From assembly GCA_028023455.1 (NCBI GenBank), contig JAQFVV010000002.1, positions 7,068,001 through 7,132,000 of the forward strand: a stretch of DNA of 64,000 nucleotides, in the 5' to 3' direction. The DNA is from Epiperipatus broadwayi (Eukaryota; Animalia; Onychophora). Below the pieces are notes generated by a model that ran no database searches, was not told the origin of the DNA, and worked only from the letters and a program-made list of their open reading frames with translations. Shown here in pieces: positions 14,796-27,200 of this stretch. Position 1 is the stretch's first letter; every line of letters begins with the position of its first letter. Made by a program: the position numbers and the translations under genes.

Positions 14796-15961
14796 ATATA
14801 AATAGAATAGTCACTTTTGGTTTAAAATCTCATAAAAAAGAATGATTATGCATAAAGGTTAAGAGAAGACATAATAACAAATAAGTAAGATTTATTATAA
14901 ATCTGTAAAGGTTAAGATACAAGAATAAATTTATTAAAATGTGTTAAGTAATAGCTTGGTTATAGTATTTTATTATCTAGTTATGAATTTATGTTATCAG
15001 GTAGAAAACTTAATTAAAGTAAAAAAAAAAACACTGAATATTTCATATACTAATAATAGTAAAAATAAAGTGTATTGTGAAATTATTAAAAAATAAAATG
15101 AAAGTATAACATATTACAATCAAATAATTATAACTATTATTAAAAAAACGCAGACATGCAAAGAGCTGGTATGGGTAGAATTTTGATTGTTTTTTAAAAC
15201 TATTATTCTATAATATGATCATATAGAAAAAAATGAATGTTATGAATGCATACAATAATTTACAATACTATAACTATGGCCAGTAATGTTTCCAAAAAGA
15301 ATAGTTTTATATAAAAAATAATCAATCAAAGTATGAATATTTTAAAACAATATATTTCCAGAACTATAATTTTGATGAATATGATCATGAAAGATGAGAA
15401 ACTAATCACATAGAAATAAAAATAATATTCTTTTTTTTTTTTATAAAAAAAAAAAAAGCTTTTCTGGTAAATGAAATACAGTAACATAAAAGCAAACACA
15501 GAATCCAAAAAGTAATCCAATATATGGGCAATTAATCTTTCATAGTACTTCTAATAAATTACAAATGAAACAATTTTCTAAACTCATATATGCTTCTGTT
15601 TGTTAATTTATTCAAAGTTTAATTACATATAATCCTAAAACAAATACAATAAATTAAATTAGCTCCTACATATTCTCGTTACCTTTCAAAATAAGTTTTT
15701 GAAATCAATATGACAAATATTATAACATTGTTTGAATTCTCCATTTTAAAACCAAACACATTTTTATACAAAATTATTTAACATTAATTGGCAAAACAAA
15801 TTTCTCTGTGCATACTGTCTATATTCATTAATCAATCAGTTTTAAATTGGATTGTTTCTAAAATGGAATAGAGATGATAGCATGATCTAATACAAACTAA
15901 TATAATTTAGAGTAATGGACACACAATAATAAATTGTCATGTGTTTCAATAATATAGCTGT

Positions 15962-15963
<2 letters not shown>

Positions 15964-16059
<96 letters not shown>
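15964..16059. repeat. Perfect 96 bp palindromic microsatellite (TAA)n(TTA)n
   Basis: A TAA tract switches to a TTA tract at AA|TT (16011/16012) with no spacer; pairing holds from 15964 to 16059. Confidence 0.95.
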
Positions 16060-16060
<1 letters not shown>

Positions 16061-16426
16061 GCCTACTAATATATGGAGTATCTGAATTAAGTTCAGGCCA
16101 TATGATTTTTTCAGTTGGAGAGCTGACTTTAAAGACATGTAGATGTCTAAAAGTTTCAGATCTTCTTCTAACAATTAACTTTTAGATAAATGCTTTGCTT
16201 GAGTTGGTTTTTAAATCTAATGTCCCAACTCCTCACTGAAGAGACCCATAGGTCAAAACCGGTCTGGGGATGGGGACAATCCAAGATAAAAATGATTCGA
16301 ATGTTTTCTCTTGTAGTAGCATTTATCATAAATTTAAAAAAAAGCTTGTTTAGAGCTATTAACATGCTCTTAATTTTACATATTTGTAAGTGCAAGCTAT
16401 ATATAAATCATGTGACATCTGACTTG
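16061..16426 (+). mobile_element. ~366 bp HHR-bearing insertion bracketed by (TTA)n tracts (retrozyme or PLE pLTR-like, family 2)
   Basis: Non-coding segment containing an HHR motif, with TTA repeats on both sides (16012-16059 and 16427-16445). Only one copy in the window, so boundaries are inferred. Confidence 0.45.
16221..16278 (+). ncRNA. Type I minimal hammerhead ribozyme, family 2 (G12 mutated to A)
   Basis: TGTCCC-AAC-TCCTCA CTGAAGA GACC-CATA-GGTC AAAA C-CG-G TC TGGGGA-TG-GGGACA: stems I and II pair, palindromic ACCGGT stem III, GUC site; GAAA reads AAAA at a former CpG. Confidence 0.8.
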
Positions 16427-17729
16427 TTATTATTACTATTATTATAGTATTAATAGAGTTAATACACATGCAATCTCTAGAAATGAACATCAACAGAACC
16501 TGAAAGAACTGCAAGAGAATGTCCACTACCCAGGTAACCAATAGTGACACATGAATCCATGGTATGAAGCCACACAATGCTGCTAACAGAAACAATTACC
16601 AGCAGATATGAAAATAATATTCAGATAATAATGAATTTTATCAGTACACATGTGTAATAAAAATTGTAAGGCATACATGTGTAATCTTTAAAATTTAATA
16701 TGTAAAATCAATATAACCTCATATGCCACAATAAATCATAGCTGGATACATGTGAATATACCAATACAAATCCATCCAAATAATTTAATCTCTTGTCCCA
16801 CTTATACATGTAAAACCCCACTGACTTATGTAGTAATATATATTTAAACCTATAAACATTCTTGTTATCACTAATGTAAACACACGTATACAAAAGAAAC
16901 TTACTGTAACCATTTTATTATTCTGAATAAAGTTTTCTTTTGAAATCTAGTAGTAATAATAATATAATACACTACTGTTAATGAAAACATCCACAGAAAA
17001 GGTAGTTTTTTAAAAAATATTCAGCTTTATTACTGCCTAGCCTGCTTTCAATATAATATGTATATCATATTTATGGCTGATTATTGTTGTTGTGATAGTA
17101 GCAGTAGTAATAGTAATAGTAGAAGTATTTGTGTTTAATACTAGTGGTAGTGATGGTGGGAGTGGGGTTGGTGGCAGTGGTGAATATTGAATTGAATTCT
17201 TTATTTAATGTACATATCTATAGCCAAAAATTGCACATAAAAAGTATATACTATATGTTTTAGAAGAGTGTTAAAAATCACTAATCATACATTATATATA
17301 TATTAAAACTTTTGAAAATTCATTAGTATTAAGTTGGAAAAGATTTTCACTAACAAAATCTGACTTGTAAATATTAGGTAAAAAAAGGGGGAAGGGGATT
17401 TAAAGTATCACCTATACAAGTTTCAGTAAAGAAATAATTATATGCAAGAATGTCATATTGACAATAATTCAAATACAGTTTTGAAATCTTGTTATAAGAA
17501 ATATTTTTTTATGTAAAAAATGTCATATCCCTAGCTTATCTTCTTGGTAAAAAAGATATACTACAATCGTTTTTCAGTTGACAAAACTTAGAAATTTTTT
17601 TGAAAACTAATTGCATTTTATTTATATCTCTTTTTGAATGTGGATTACATAAAACTGATCCAAATTCCAAAATAGGAAGAACCAAAGATAGAAAAAGTTT
17701 ATATTTGATGGAGTATTCAAAACCACTAT

Positions 17730-17960
17730 TATGTCAGTAATTAATTCTCATCATCTTGAGGGCTTTATTTATTATTGATTCTATATGATGATGAAGGCAG
17801 TCATTACTGGACAATATAATTCCAATATCTTGAACAGCATCAACAGATTTTATTTTTAAATTATTAATACAATATTCAAATCTTAGAATTTCAGATTTAT
17901 TGGAGCAAAATACAGAAGAACATTCATCTACATTAACTATCATTTTATTTTTTTAACACA
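17730..17960 (-). mobile_element. CR1/L2/Jockey-like LINE RT C-terminal fragment
   Basis: MIVNVDECSSVFC..FEYCINN..IKSVDAVQDIGIILSS..HHHIESIINKALKM matches the typical post-YADD pattern LN..KC...Y.I....V..DLG.....HI..I..KA. Confidence 0.65.
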
Positions 17961-18512
17961 ATTTTGAAAAACTATTGATATTTGGAAGGGTTTGAAATAT
18001 AATCTTTATAACTATAAATTGAAAGTTAAAAAAAGAAACTCTACTGAAATGTTAAAAATTACACCAAAAAAGAGAAAGATAAATGATTAGATAGATTATT
18101 GTCCTTAAAAATAAAGTTTTGAAGTAAAAGCTGAAGAATGCATAATAAAAAAATGATAGACAAAAGAAATTAATGGATACATTTAAAAATGGAATTACAC
18201 TGACTTGAAGAAAATTGTTTAGTAGCTAGAATATTATTTTGCATTCATCAGAGAAATATAATAGTAAAATAAAAATAATTGATATGGTTCATCACTCAGA
18301 TCTAATGAAGTTCAAGCACTGAAAGTGACAGAGTTGAAATCTATTTATCTGAATTTATTATTTAATTGAGTAATGCAGCACATAATAATAGTAATCATTT
18401 ATGATTGAAATATCTCTGTGCATAAATTAATTAAAAGAAATATAAAATTATTTACCAAAAAAAAACATTAAAACTTTCCTATTTTATAATTATAGTAATA
18501 TTCTATTTACAT

Positions 18513-18655
18513 CATTCTACTCTAGAGTCATCTCTTTATGCAGGAGAGTACCCTACATTGAGGAAGTCTAATGCCAGAAACGAATCTAAAAGTCTGATCA
18601 TTTCATTTGGTCCTCATTAATTATATTTATATAAATGGCTCTAGAGTAGAGAATG
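18513..18655. repeat. Short fold-back (19-21 bp inverted arms) enclosing a degenerate HHR-like motif
   Basis: CATTCTACTCTAGAGTCAT (18513-18531) versus ATGGCTCTAGAGTAGAGAATG (18635-18655); inside is TTGAGGA-AGTC-TAAT-GCC-AGAAAC-GA-ATC at 18558-18586. Confidence 0.45.
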
Positions 18656-20364
18656 AGTAAAATTTACTCTACTCAGATATACCTGATGTCGACTGGCCAA
18701 TGTGTTGATGACAAATAAAAATAATACAGTAAACATGAATGATTTCATATTTCATCACCTGCAATAAAATAAAAATATATATAATGTTGCTATGTGATTT
18801 TTCAAAATAATGACATCAAAGCAGATAAAAATTACTACAAGAGCTTTTAAATAAAAGTTTAAAAAAGTCTTAAGCTAATAATATATATATATTGTGTTTT
18901 TTTTAAAAGAAAACAAACAGTTATAGAAATAAAAGTTACAAATTATAAACACTTTGAACAAAAATGTATTGAAAAAAACATAACGAATAGCATTAATAAA
19001 ATAATTAAATTTACAATGGAATGTTTTCAATAAAATAAATAAATTTTCTCTGCTGATGCTAAATTATAAACCTGAAAGTTGGAATTTTAATAGAAGAGCA
19101 ATAAAAATACAACTACAGAGCAGAGCATACCATAAATATATGACTATAGTTGAAAAGTGGATCTCAAAAGGTATTAAGACATCTAGAAAAAAAACAGATG
19201 CTTAAAGATATGAGATACAAAATTTTATGATAGTAAGATAAATGAGAAAAGCTGTGATATTTTAATTCTATAATAGTCTGATAGTGATGACAATTATAAA
19301 GCACATATGATATATCTACATTTCAATGTGGTAGGAAGACACATAATATAAAAATAAAAACTATATAGCATTAATATAAAACATCCAATTTTCAGAAATT
19401 TATATTGTACAAACTTTTTTTTAAATAACCGATCTATAAGAGAAGTAAATTCCTTGATTTAACAGATTTTAAAAGTGAAAATCAAATGTCACTAAAAGTA
19501 TATCAATACTCTATAACCTTCTAATTTCATCTCTGTTGATGGTCATAATATAAATTGCATTCTCAGATTACAGAAGAAGAAGAAAGATGGCATTTTAAAA
19601 TTAGTTCCACTAAAAAAATAGCTATTATATTATTATATATACTTTGTGGGTCATTCATGTATAATTTTGATAATGAATATACCAATACTTCAGCTTGATT
19701 ACACAAGCACTATAAATATGTTATCATCTTAACCATGATTTGGGGAAACAGTAACTAATATAATTGAAGGAAATGCATGTATTGTAATCAGTGTCTTATC
19801 TATATGTATACTCAACTGCAGTATGTGCTTAAAAGCTGTTTTTTTTGTTGTATGTGATCATTGTTTAATGAACAGTGCTTCCAAACACAGGAGCTCAAGT
19901 AATTGGTAATGTGAAATAAAATTTTATTAATAACTATTGTCATTTTATTTTGACCTTCTCTCTCATCAAATATCAAACAAGTATTAATGATTAAGGGTCC
20001 TTATTATCACTAAATGTTATCTTACTATTATGTTGGTAGATTTAATTTAAAATTTTTATCAATAATGTTACATATCGATTTAAACGCGTGTATTTTGGTT
20101 TATTATTATGTATTTTATTTTAAACTAGATGTTAATTTTCATTTTTCTTAGGTGTGTAAACATTTTATGACATATGTGTTCAAGGACATATGTCAGTTAT
20201 GGATAGGTCTAAAATAATGTGTGTGGGGGGATATGGAAATGATAATAATAACCAAAAAAAAAATTTTTTTTTTATTGATTCAGGAACTGTAGAAATTAGA
20301 CAGAGCAATGAATGGATACTGATTAGCTTAGGCATATTTAGACAGAATTATCCATCTAGGGGAT

Positions 20365-20817
20365 TCAAAATAAAGCAAAACTCTCCATACAGTAGTGCCA
20401 TCTTGTGCCAACAAGAGCAATCAATAGATTTCAGAAGACTTGTGCATAAAATCCCTATTGGTGCCTACTCATCCAATATCCCCAGACTAGTTTCTGGCTT
20501 GTGGCCTTCATCAGTGAAGAGCCTTGGATCTGAGAGCACTGCACCTAGATCTTAGGATCTAATACAACCCTTCAGCACCCACCTTTTAACTCTATTTAAC
20601 TACAAAACTATGAGAATGAAACTGAAAACACAATAATATTTTCAATTCAAGCTCAATAGCTTATATAGTCATATGGGTCTGAACTCAATTCTGCACCCAT
20701 ACATTTTGTTGGCACAAGATGACACTACTGTATGGAGAGTTTTGCTTTGTTTTGAATTGTTTAATAACAATTGTATGCTAGTATGAGATAGTGATCATGT
20801 GATGTTTAGTGGTTTAG
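20365..20817. mobile_element. HHR family 1 fold-back insertion A (variant subfamily)
   Basis: Homologous to insertions B-D; minus-sense arm 20365-20708 and plus-sense arm about 20709-20817; TSD CATCTA(G/A)GGGAT at 20353-20364 and 20818-20829. Confidence 0.85.
20485..20514 (-). ncRNA. Hammerhead ribozyme core, family 1, unmutated
   Basis: Minus strand CTGATGA AGGC-CACAA-GCCA GAAA C-TA-G TC, flanked by stem I arms TCTTCA / TGGGGA and ATCCAA / TTGGAT. Confidence 0.8.
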
Positions 20818-22092
20818 CATCTAAGGGATGTGTATATTATTATATTGTTGACAAGATGTGTGTGTGTGTGTATGTACAGTTTTTTTGTTTATTAGTTATA
20901 CACATATTGCAAAGTGACCAACTTATTCACACTAGATAAAGTGACATCTAAGTATCATAATTATATATGTATAATACTTTCAGTTTTTATTTTTTATTGT
21001 TATTCATTATTAAATGTTCATTAATTCTATGAGTAATTTTATCTTTATTGTTTATTTTGTGATGTAATTATTCTTTGGTAAATTTGGAATAAGCAGAATC
21101 AGATGTTGAAAATAAACAGTTTATATGTTTATTTATGAATCATAAAACAGTTATTGACTGTTGCTCATAGGTCCTCGTCAAGTAGAGAGAAATTGTGAAT
21201 CCCATTAAAAGGTGAAAGGGGTAATTTTAATAAGTCATGATAGGTAGAATATGAATCATATATCTATATACAACACTTGTAATACAAGCTTGTTAAATTA
21301 GGTCATGTGATATATGACTTAATTTCTTTGTAATCTATTAATATGTACAATAGTCTTAGTGATCAAATATGTGTTTGGATGTGGATTTCTTTGCTACATA
21401 TAAAGGAGGGTGGGAGTGATCTTATCATCATTAATTATTAATATAGAAGTGAAAAATATGCACAGAATAATGGTGCACATAATTTGTTTTGTTTATCTCT
21501 GAGCTACCTTAATAGTGGATTTGCCATCAATGTGTAAGAGAGGTTCTAAGATCCATAAGCAGATCTTGTAAGGATGGGGCACCAAGTGATGTCCTAAGCG
21601 GATGAATATTAGTTGGCCTATTCTGAATGAGAGTACCCAAACAGTTTGCTATAATTACACCATACTGGTCTAGGAATTCGGGTGAAAACATTAAGGGTCT
21701 CTATATTCAAATGAATGAAATCTTGTTGTCTTCAATATATATGTGTGTGTGCATGTACTGTTGCTATAACAAATACAATGTAGCCCAGATTTATTATATT
21801 ACAACAATGCAGAAAAAAAAATGTGTTTAATAAACTCATGTTAACCGACTAATAAATATACAAACTGCCATTTACATGTGCGAACATGTCATTTGAAAAA
21901 GAAACATAAATTGCCTAAAGGTTATAAAAAAAATTAAATCATTATTAAGTATTATTTAGTAATGTATGGTAAATCAAATGACAATAACATTGTAAAGAAA
22001 GAAGGGAAAATGCTTTTAATACTCGAAAGAATTTTGAATTGAAATTTTGGAATTGTTATTGTTTTAAAAGTTATAATTAAAAATTCAAAAGT

Positions 22093-22228
22093 CAAAATGG
22101 TAAAATAGATGCTACTGCAAACTCTCTCTCTCTCTCCCCATTATCAATACAAAGAAATGGAAAACAAGCACTGAAACCATCGATGGAGACCAAAAAACCA
22201 ACCGGGTTGAAATTGACAATCATGATAA
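22093..22228 (+). repeat. ~135 bp dispersed direct repeat, copy 1 (copy 2 at 27074-27200)
   Basis: CAAAATGGT.AAATAGATGCT..CAAACTCTCTC..CCCCATT.TCAA..CAAAGAAATGGAA..GAAATTGACAAT is shared, roughly 80-85% identical by eye. Confidence 0.85.
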
Positions 22229-22526
22229 CCTGGGTAAATATATTTTGATCACTGTCTATAGACACTTTATATTTTCTAAATAAAATGAACTCTAATGAAG
22301 GATTATATAAGTTTAGCGTGAACTAATCATTTATAATTTTATTATGCTATTTTATATTATGTTAGATATGTCTGTGCATGAATAAATATTAAAGTTTGTT
22401 TAATTATTATTTGGTTTTACTCTCTCTTTTGTCACTGCATTTATGTGCTGGACCCTGATTAAAAGTAGGAGCTAGCTTAGAATATTTCAAGCACTGGATT
22501 GTGTGCCTGTCATCTGGGCATTCTGG

Positions 22527-22527
<1 letters not shown>

Positions 22528-22570
<43 letters not shown>
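22528..22570. repeat. (TA)n microsatellite
   Basis: Uninterrupted TA run of about 21 units. Confidence 0.95.
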
Positions 22571-22572
<2 letters not shown>

Positions 22573-24756
22573 TATGATTGGCTGGCATCTGAGTTTAAAC
22601 CTCAAAACATATAAAATGCTTTGGATATCAGGTTTTTGTTCTTGCAGTTGAGGTAAGCCATGGTTAGGAAATATGGTTGTGTTATGCTTCATATAGCTCA
22701 ATCTGGACATAGGTATCATTGATGGTTATGCTATCAATAGTATTCTCCTTTCTGCTTGAAAGATTGGTCCATTCCCATAGTATTAAAGATATAAATTAAT
22801 AATTACCCATAAAGTTATTTATTAAATGTTAAGAGCTTGATAATAAGCTTAGTTAAAGTCTAGAGATATTAAAGAGAGATATTAAAGTTTAGATATTAAA
22901 ACTTATTAAAACCAAGATGTTAAAATATATTAAAAATATAGTAAGTAAATTTATAAAAAGATAAAGTCAGCTTAGTAAGAATAAATTAAACTTGTTCTGA
23001 TAATAATGAAATACTAATGTATCAAATGCTGCCAAAGTGTGGTCAAAGCTGTCCAAAAAGTTATTTTAAAAGTAGTTATAAAGATATTGTCTAATAAGTA
23101 ATAGTAGTATTGAAAATATAAAATAATAATTATTCCAGAAAAATATGTAATAAAACTATTAACGTTTAGATATTAAAACTTAGTTAAAAGCAAGATAATA
23201 AAACTTATTAAAGCCAAAAGATATTAAAAGATGTTAAAAGGTATTTAAATGCAGCAAGAATATAGTAATTTCAGAAAACTCAGTTCAAATGTCATCCAAT
23301 GTAGGTGCAGAAGTGCCATAAATGGCCCAGCAAAATATAAGTTAAAAATATTTTTTAATAAAAAAGTCTGAAACTAAAAATTCAAATAAATGCTAAAATT
23401 CATAGAAATAAAAGTAAAATTGGTGAGCAGTGTGAGAAGAGAAATGGACTAAAGCAATATTTAAAAATATAAAATAAAAAGAGGAAGATATGCAATGTAA
23501 ATAAAAAGAAGAGAGAAAAAAAATGGTCAGAGAAATAAAATTATTATTGGGGGTTGTATATCATCAGGTGGAAATCAGGGAGAATTGGGATTTTTTAGTT
23601 AGTTGAACACTTCATTTGATTAAAATAGTTAAAACCAAAGATAATAAAGAAAGTAGAAAAGAGTTACATAAAAGAAAGTGAAATTATGAAGTGGTTTGAG
23701 AAAACATTTGAAAAACAAATAGAACAATTAATACAGGAAATGATGATAGACCAAATAAAAGATAGGAAAATATTAGAAAGTAAGAAAAAAAGAGTAGAAA
23801 GTATGAAAGCAAGTATAAAACAGTTAACAGATAAATTAGATAAAATTGAAAATAAACAGGAAAGCACAAATAAGTACATGCAATTAAACATCTTGAATAC
23901 AGTAAATAAACCTGAACCAAAAAATAAGTCTGACTCAGAAATTAAGCCAAAACCAGAAAATATTTCTGACTCAAATGATAACTTTGAATCTGAAAATAAA
24001 GATGTGTCAAAAATAAGATATAATGAAAAGGGAGTAGAAAGTATAGATATAAGTGATGTAACAGAAAGAATAGAAATAGTAGAATTAAAATGCAAAGAAG
24101 AGAAAGTAAATTAAAATTTAATAGTGCAAATATTGGAAGTATGAAACAGAAAAATGAAGGTATGTATGTGCATTTAATGAAAAGCCCTGCTAATGTAAAT
24201 AAATTTAAAAATAAAAATGTTTGCTGAAAGTGAAGTGATTGATTTTGACAGCACAAAGCCAGATTATGTAGCCAAAGAAAGGGATAAAGATATGAATGTT
24301 ATGAATTTAGGGTCAGATGAAATGATTGGGATAATAGTAATAGATATAAAGAGTCATATAGACCTAGAAAGGGGAGTGAGGAATGTACTAGCCATGATCC
24401 AGAAACCAACCACCCGAAACACTTAAGACAAGTCTAAAAGTAGGTCAAGATTTCTGATCTGAATGGATATGTAAGTAACATAAAAGTATTATCTGACAAA
24501 AATTAAGTATGGCTTTAGAAATTGGACAGATTTTTTCAGAGTAAAAAAAAATTACATGGATTATGAGAATGGAAATAAAGTTGAACAAATGAAATAAAAT
24601 AAATTTTTTTTAGAGATAATAATGAAATAAAGCAAAATAAATAAAGTTGAATAAATAAAATAAAATGTTTTTGTTTTGAGAGTTAATGTAAAGAAAACAG
24701 AATTAAATAAATGAAATAAAATAAGAATTTATTATTATTATTTAATTGAAATCAAC

Positions 24757-25162
24757 CAGTAACCACCTAAACATCCACAATAAAGATAGTAATCAATATT
24801 TCTCACTGCTGTCAAGGAAACTTTTTCACCTTTTAATAGCAAGAATGGAAACCCACTCTTACTAATGGTCCATTGAATATATATGGACACTTAAAGATTG
24901 TAACTTGACCACAGAGAATGAAATATTGATAAAATGAAGTTTAAATAAACCTCCTTAAACATGAAATAAATATGTCCATGTAATGCAGACTAATAAATAG
25001 TCTATTATAACATTACAAACTGCAATATTTTTTAAATTGCTCATGTATTATTTAAATAATGCTTAAAGCTAAATGGGATAATTATGTAATTAGAAACCAA
25101 TCAGTAACCACCTAAACATTCACAATAAAAACAGTAATCAATATTTCTCACTGCTGTCAAGG
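24757..25162 (+). repeat. 61 bp direct repeat pair (24757-24817 and 25102-25162)
   Basis: CAGTAACCACCTAAACAT.CACAATAAA.A.AGTAATCAATATTTCTCACTGCTGTCAAGG occurs twice, 345 bp apart. Confidence 0.9.
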
Positions 25163-25669
25163 CAATAAATGAGAATAAAATACAAGGTTTTGTAGAGAAT
25201 CAAAAATATGAAAATAAAGGTAAATAAATCAAATAAAGCATATAATACATAAAATGAAATCTATAATAAAATAAATAAAATTTTGCAAAATAATCTTTCA
25301 AGTGAGTGTTGATTGTGTGTAGCTTATAGAGTTATGGAGGGAGGGGAAAGGTCCAGATAAGGTTGCGAAAGGTGTGTTAAGTGTAGGCTGTCACTGTGTG
25401 AACATAAGGCCCATAAAGGGTATGAAAATGGAATGGATCATCGAATAGGATGAGAATCCAGTAGAAAGGACCTGGACCCATCCAACACACTGGGAGATGT
25501 CCCAGTCTCTTATCTAAAACATGTGTGCACTGGAAAAAAAATTCCAGAGTAAGCCACAAGTCAGTTTTCTTGGACGAAAAATTTCCAACATCATATAATA
25601 AACCTCAGTTTAGCATAAGCCAAATGGTCTGTGGATGAATACTGCCATCCACAGTAATCCCATATATGC

Positions 25670-25871
25670 TAGGATGCAGATCCAAGGGACAAAGTTCTGG
25701 GCTCATTAAATCCATTGGTAGAAAAAAATCCCAGCATAATTATAATAAATATTGTTTTAGCACAAGTTGAATAATCTGTAGAGCTATCCTGCCATTCACA
25801 GTTTACTTATTTTTTAGGATGCAGACCCAAGGAAGAAAGTCCTGGACTCATTCAACCTGTTGGTAGAGAAA
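25670..25871 (+). repeat. ~57 bp diverged direct repeat pair (period about 145 bp)
   Basis: TAGGATGCAGA.CCAAGG..AAAGT.CTGG.CTCATT.AA.C..TTGGTAGA at 25670 and 25815. Confidence 0.75.
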
Positions 25872-27073
25872 TTACATATACAGTAATAAAGTTAATGTTA
25901 TAATATTTTTATTGTGTAAGTCAAGTATAAGCAGATGTGTTCTGCCTCTCATGGCATTCACTCTTCGTACACATCGGAAAGATGCATGTTGTTTCTGGTG
26001 GTCATCATATATGACACAATCATTGTCAGTAGTCACTGTAGATTAGGGCCTGTGAGCTAAAGCAGCATAGGAAAGATTACCCTCTGTGGTTTGTTGATCT
26101 ATATAGAATTTGAAACTTATTTTAGATAAAAATAAATAAATAAAAATAAAAAGTGAATAGTAAAGAAGAAAATAAATTGTCAAAGATAAAATGGTTAGAT
26201 TGATGCACTTCTCAGATGAGGGATGTGTGTGATGTAATGCTATCCAGATATATATTATAAAACTTAACATATATATGTGTTACATAATTTCATAATTTAA
26301 AAATATATGATCACATTTATTTTAAAAAAATCAAATAAATAAGAATAGTCAAAAAAAGTAAAATAGTTTTAAAAAGGTAATAAAATAAAAAGATTGTGTA
26401 TATTTTTCTTTTAAAAAAGAATAAAGCTTTTATTGAAAAGTGGATGGGGAAAAGAATTAGAAAAAAAAGATTTAACTAAAACTCTCCTTTTTATAAGTCA
26501 AAAATGAGCTTGAAGAACAAATGTGTAAAGAAATAAATGTTAATGAAAAATTGAAAATAAAAAGATTTATTAATTAATTTGGAATGCCAGTAAGATTTCT
26601 GATTGATAATGAATTTGAAATTGTAATAATTAAAAACTATGTAAGCTATCTCTTCAGGATAAAAGTGAAGAGATAGTGGATTAATCTTGAAAAAAGATTA
26701 GATTAAAGAAAATGTATCAATTAAATTTAAAAAAATGTAAATTTAATTAAAAAATAATTGAAGTATAATAGAATCTAAAGTTTGATAAGGAAAAAACAAT
26801 GTGAGAGAAGACTATACAACTCACAACCATCTATTGTTATATTATTCTGCTCTTGAGTCTGTAAGTCATTCCAGTCATTTTGTGCTGTTATATTATTCAC
26901 TGCTCCAGAGATTCAAAAATCTAAGGACAGAATAGAGCCAATCATTACTGCTGTGGAAAATATTATTGCAGAAGCTGCAGAACTAGCAACATTTTAAAAG
27001 TGTTCAACTGGGTTCTTGCTCAACATTCTCTGCAAATCAACTGTCCCTTATGAACCCTCATGAAAACTGGTGC

Positions 27074-27200
27074 CAAAATGGTGAAATAGATGCTGCTACA
27101 AACTCTCTCTCCCATTGTCAAATCAAAGAAATGGAATACAAGCCCTGAAACAATCAATGGAGATCAAAAAGCCAACACTAGAAATTGACAATAATGATTA
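27074..27200 (+). repeat. ~130 bp dispersed direct repeat, copy 2
   Basis: Matches 22093-22228. Confidence 0.85.

Larger units (their letters stand above)
23686..26700 (+). mobile_element. Highly decayed LTR-retrotransposon-like relic (coiled-coil gag-like ORF 23686-24114; integrase-like fragment near 26560-26630)
   Basis: 142 aa coiled-coil ORF; RFIN*FGMPVRFLIDNEFEI resembles the integrase core FG.P..I.TDNG.EF. No RT found; boundaries uncertain. Confidence 0.4.

Noticed and set aside
15887-16174. ORF with a poly-isoleucine run
   Set aside because: Artefact of translating the TAA/TTA microsatellite.
16486-16540. Possible small host exon (AG..NEHQQNLKELQENVHYP..GT), or the opposite-strand hydrophobic ORF
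   Set aside because: No recognisable protein and no linked exons.
20190-20555. 121 aa ORF, and similar ORFs at 42846 and 51244
   Set aside because: Chance frames across the non-coding HHR repeat; not conserved between copies.
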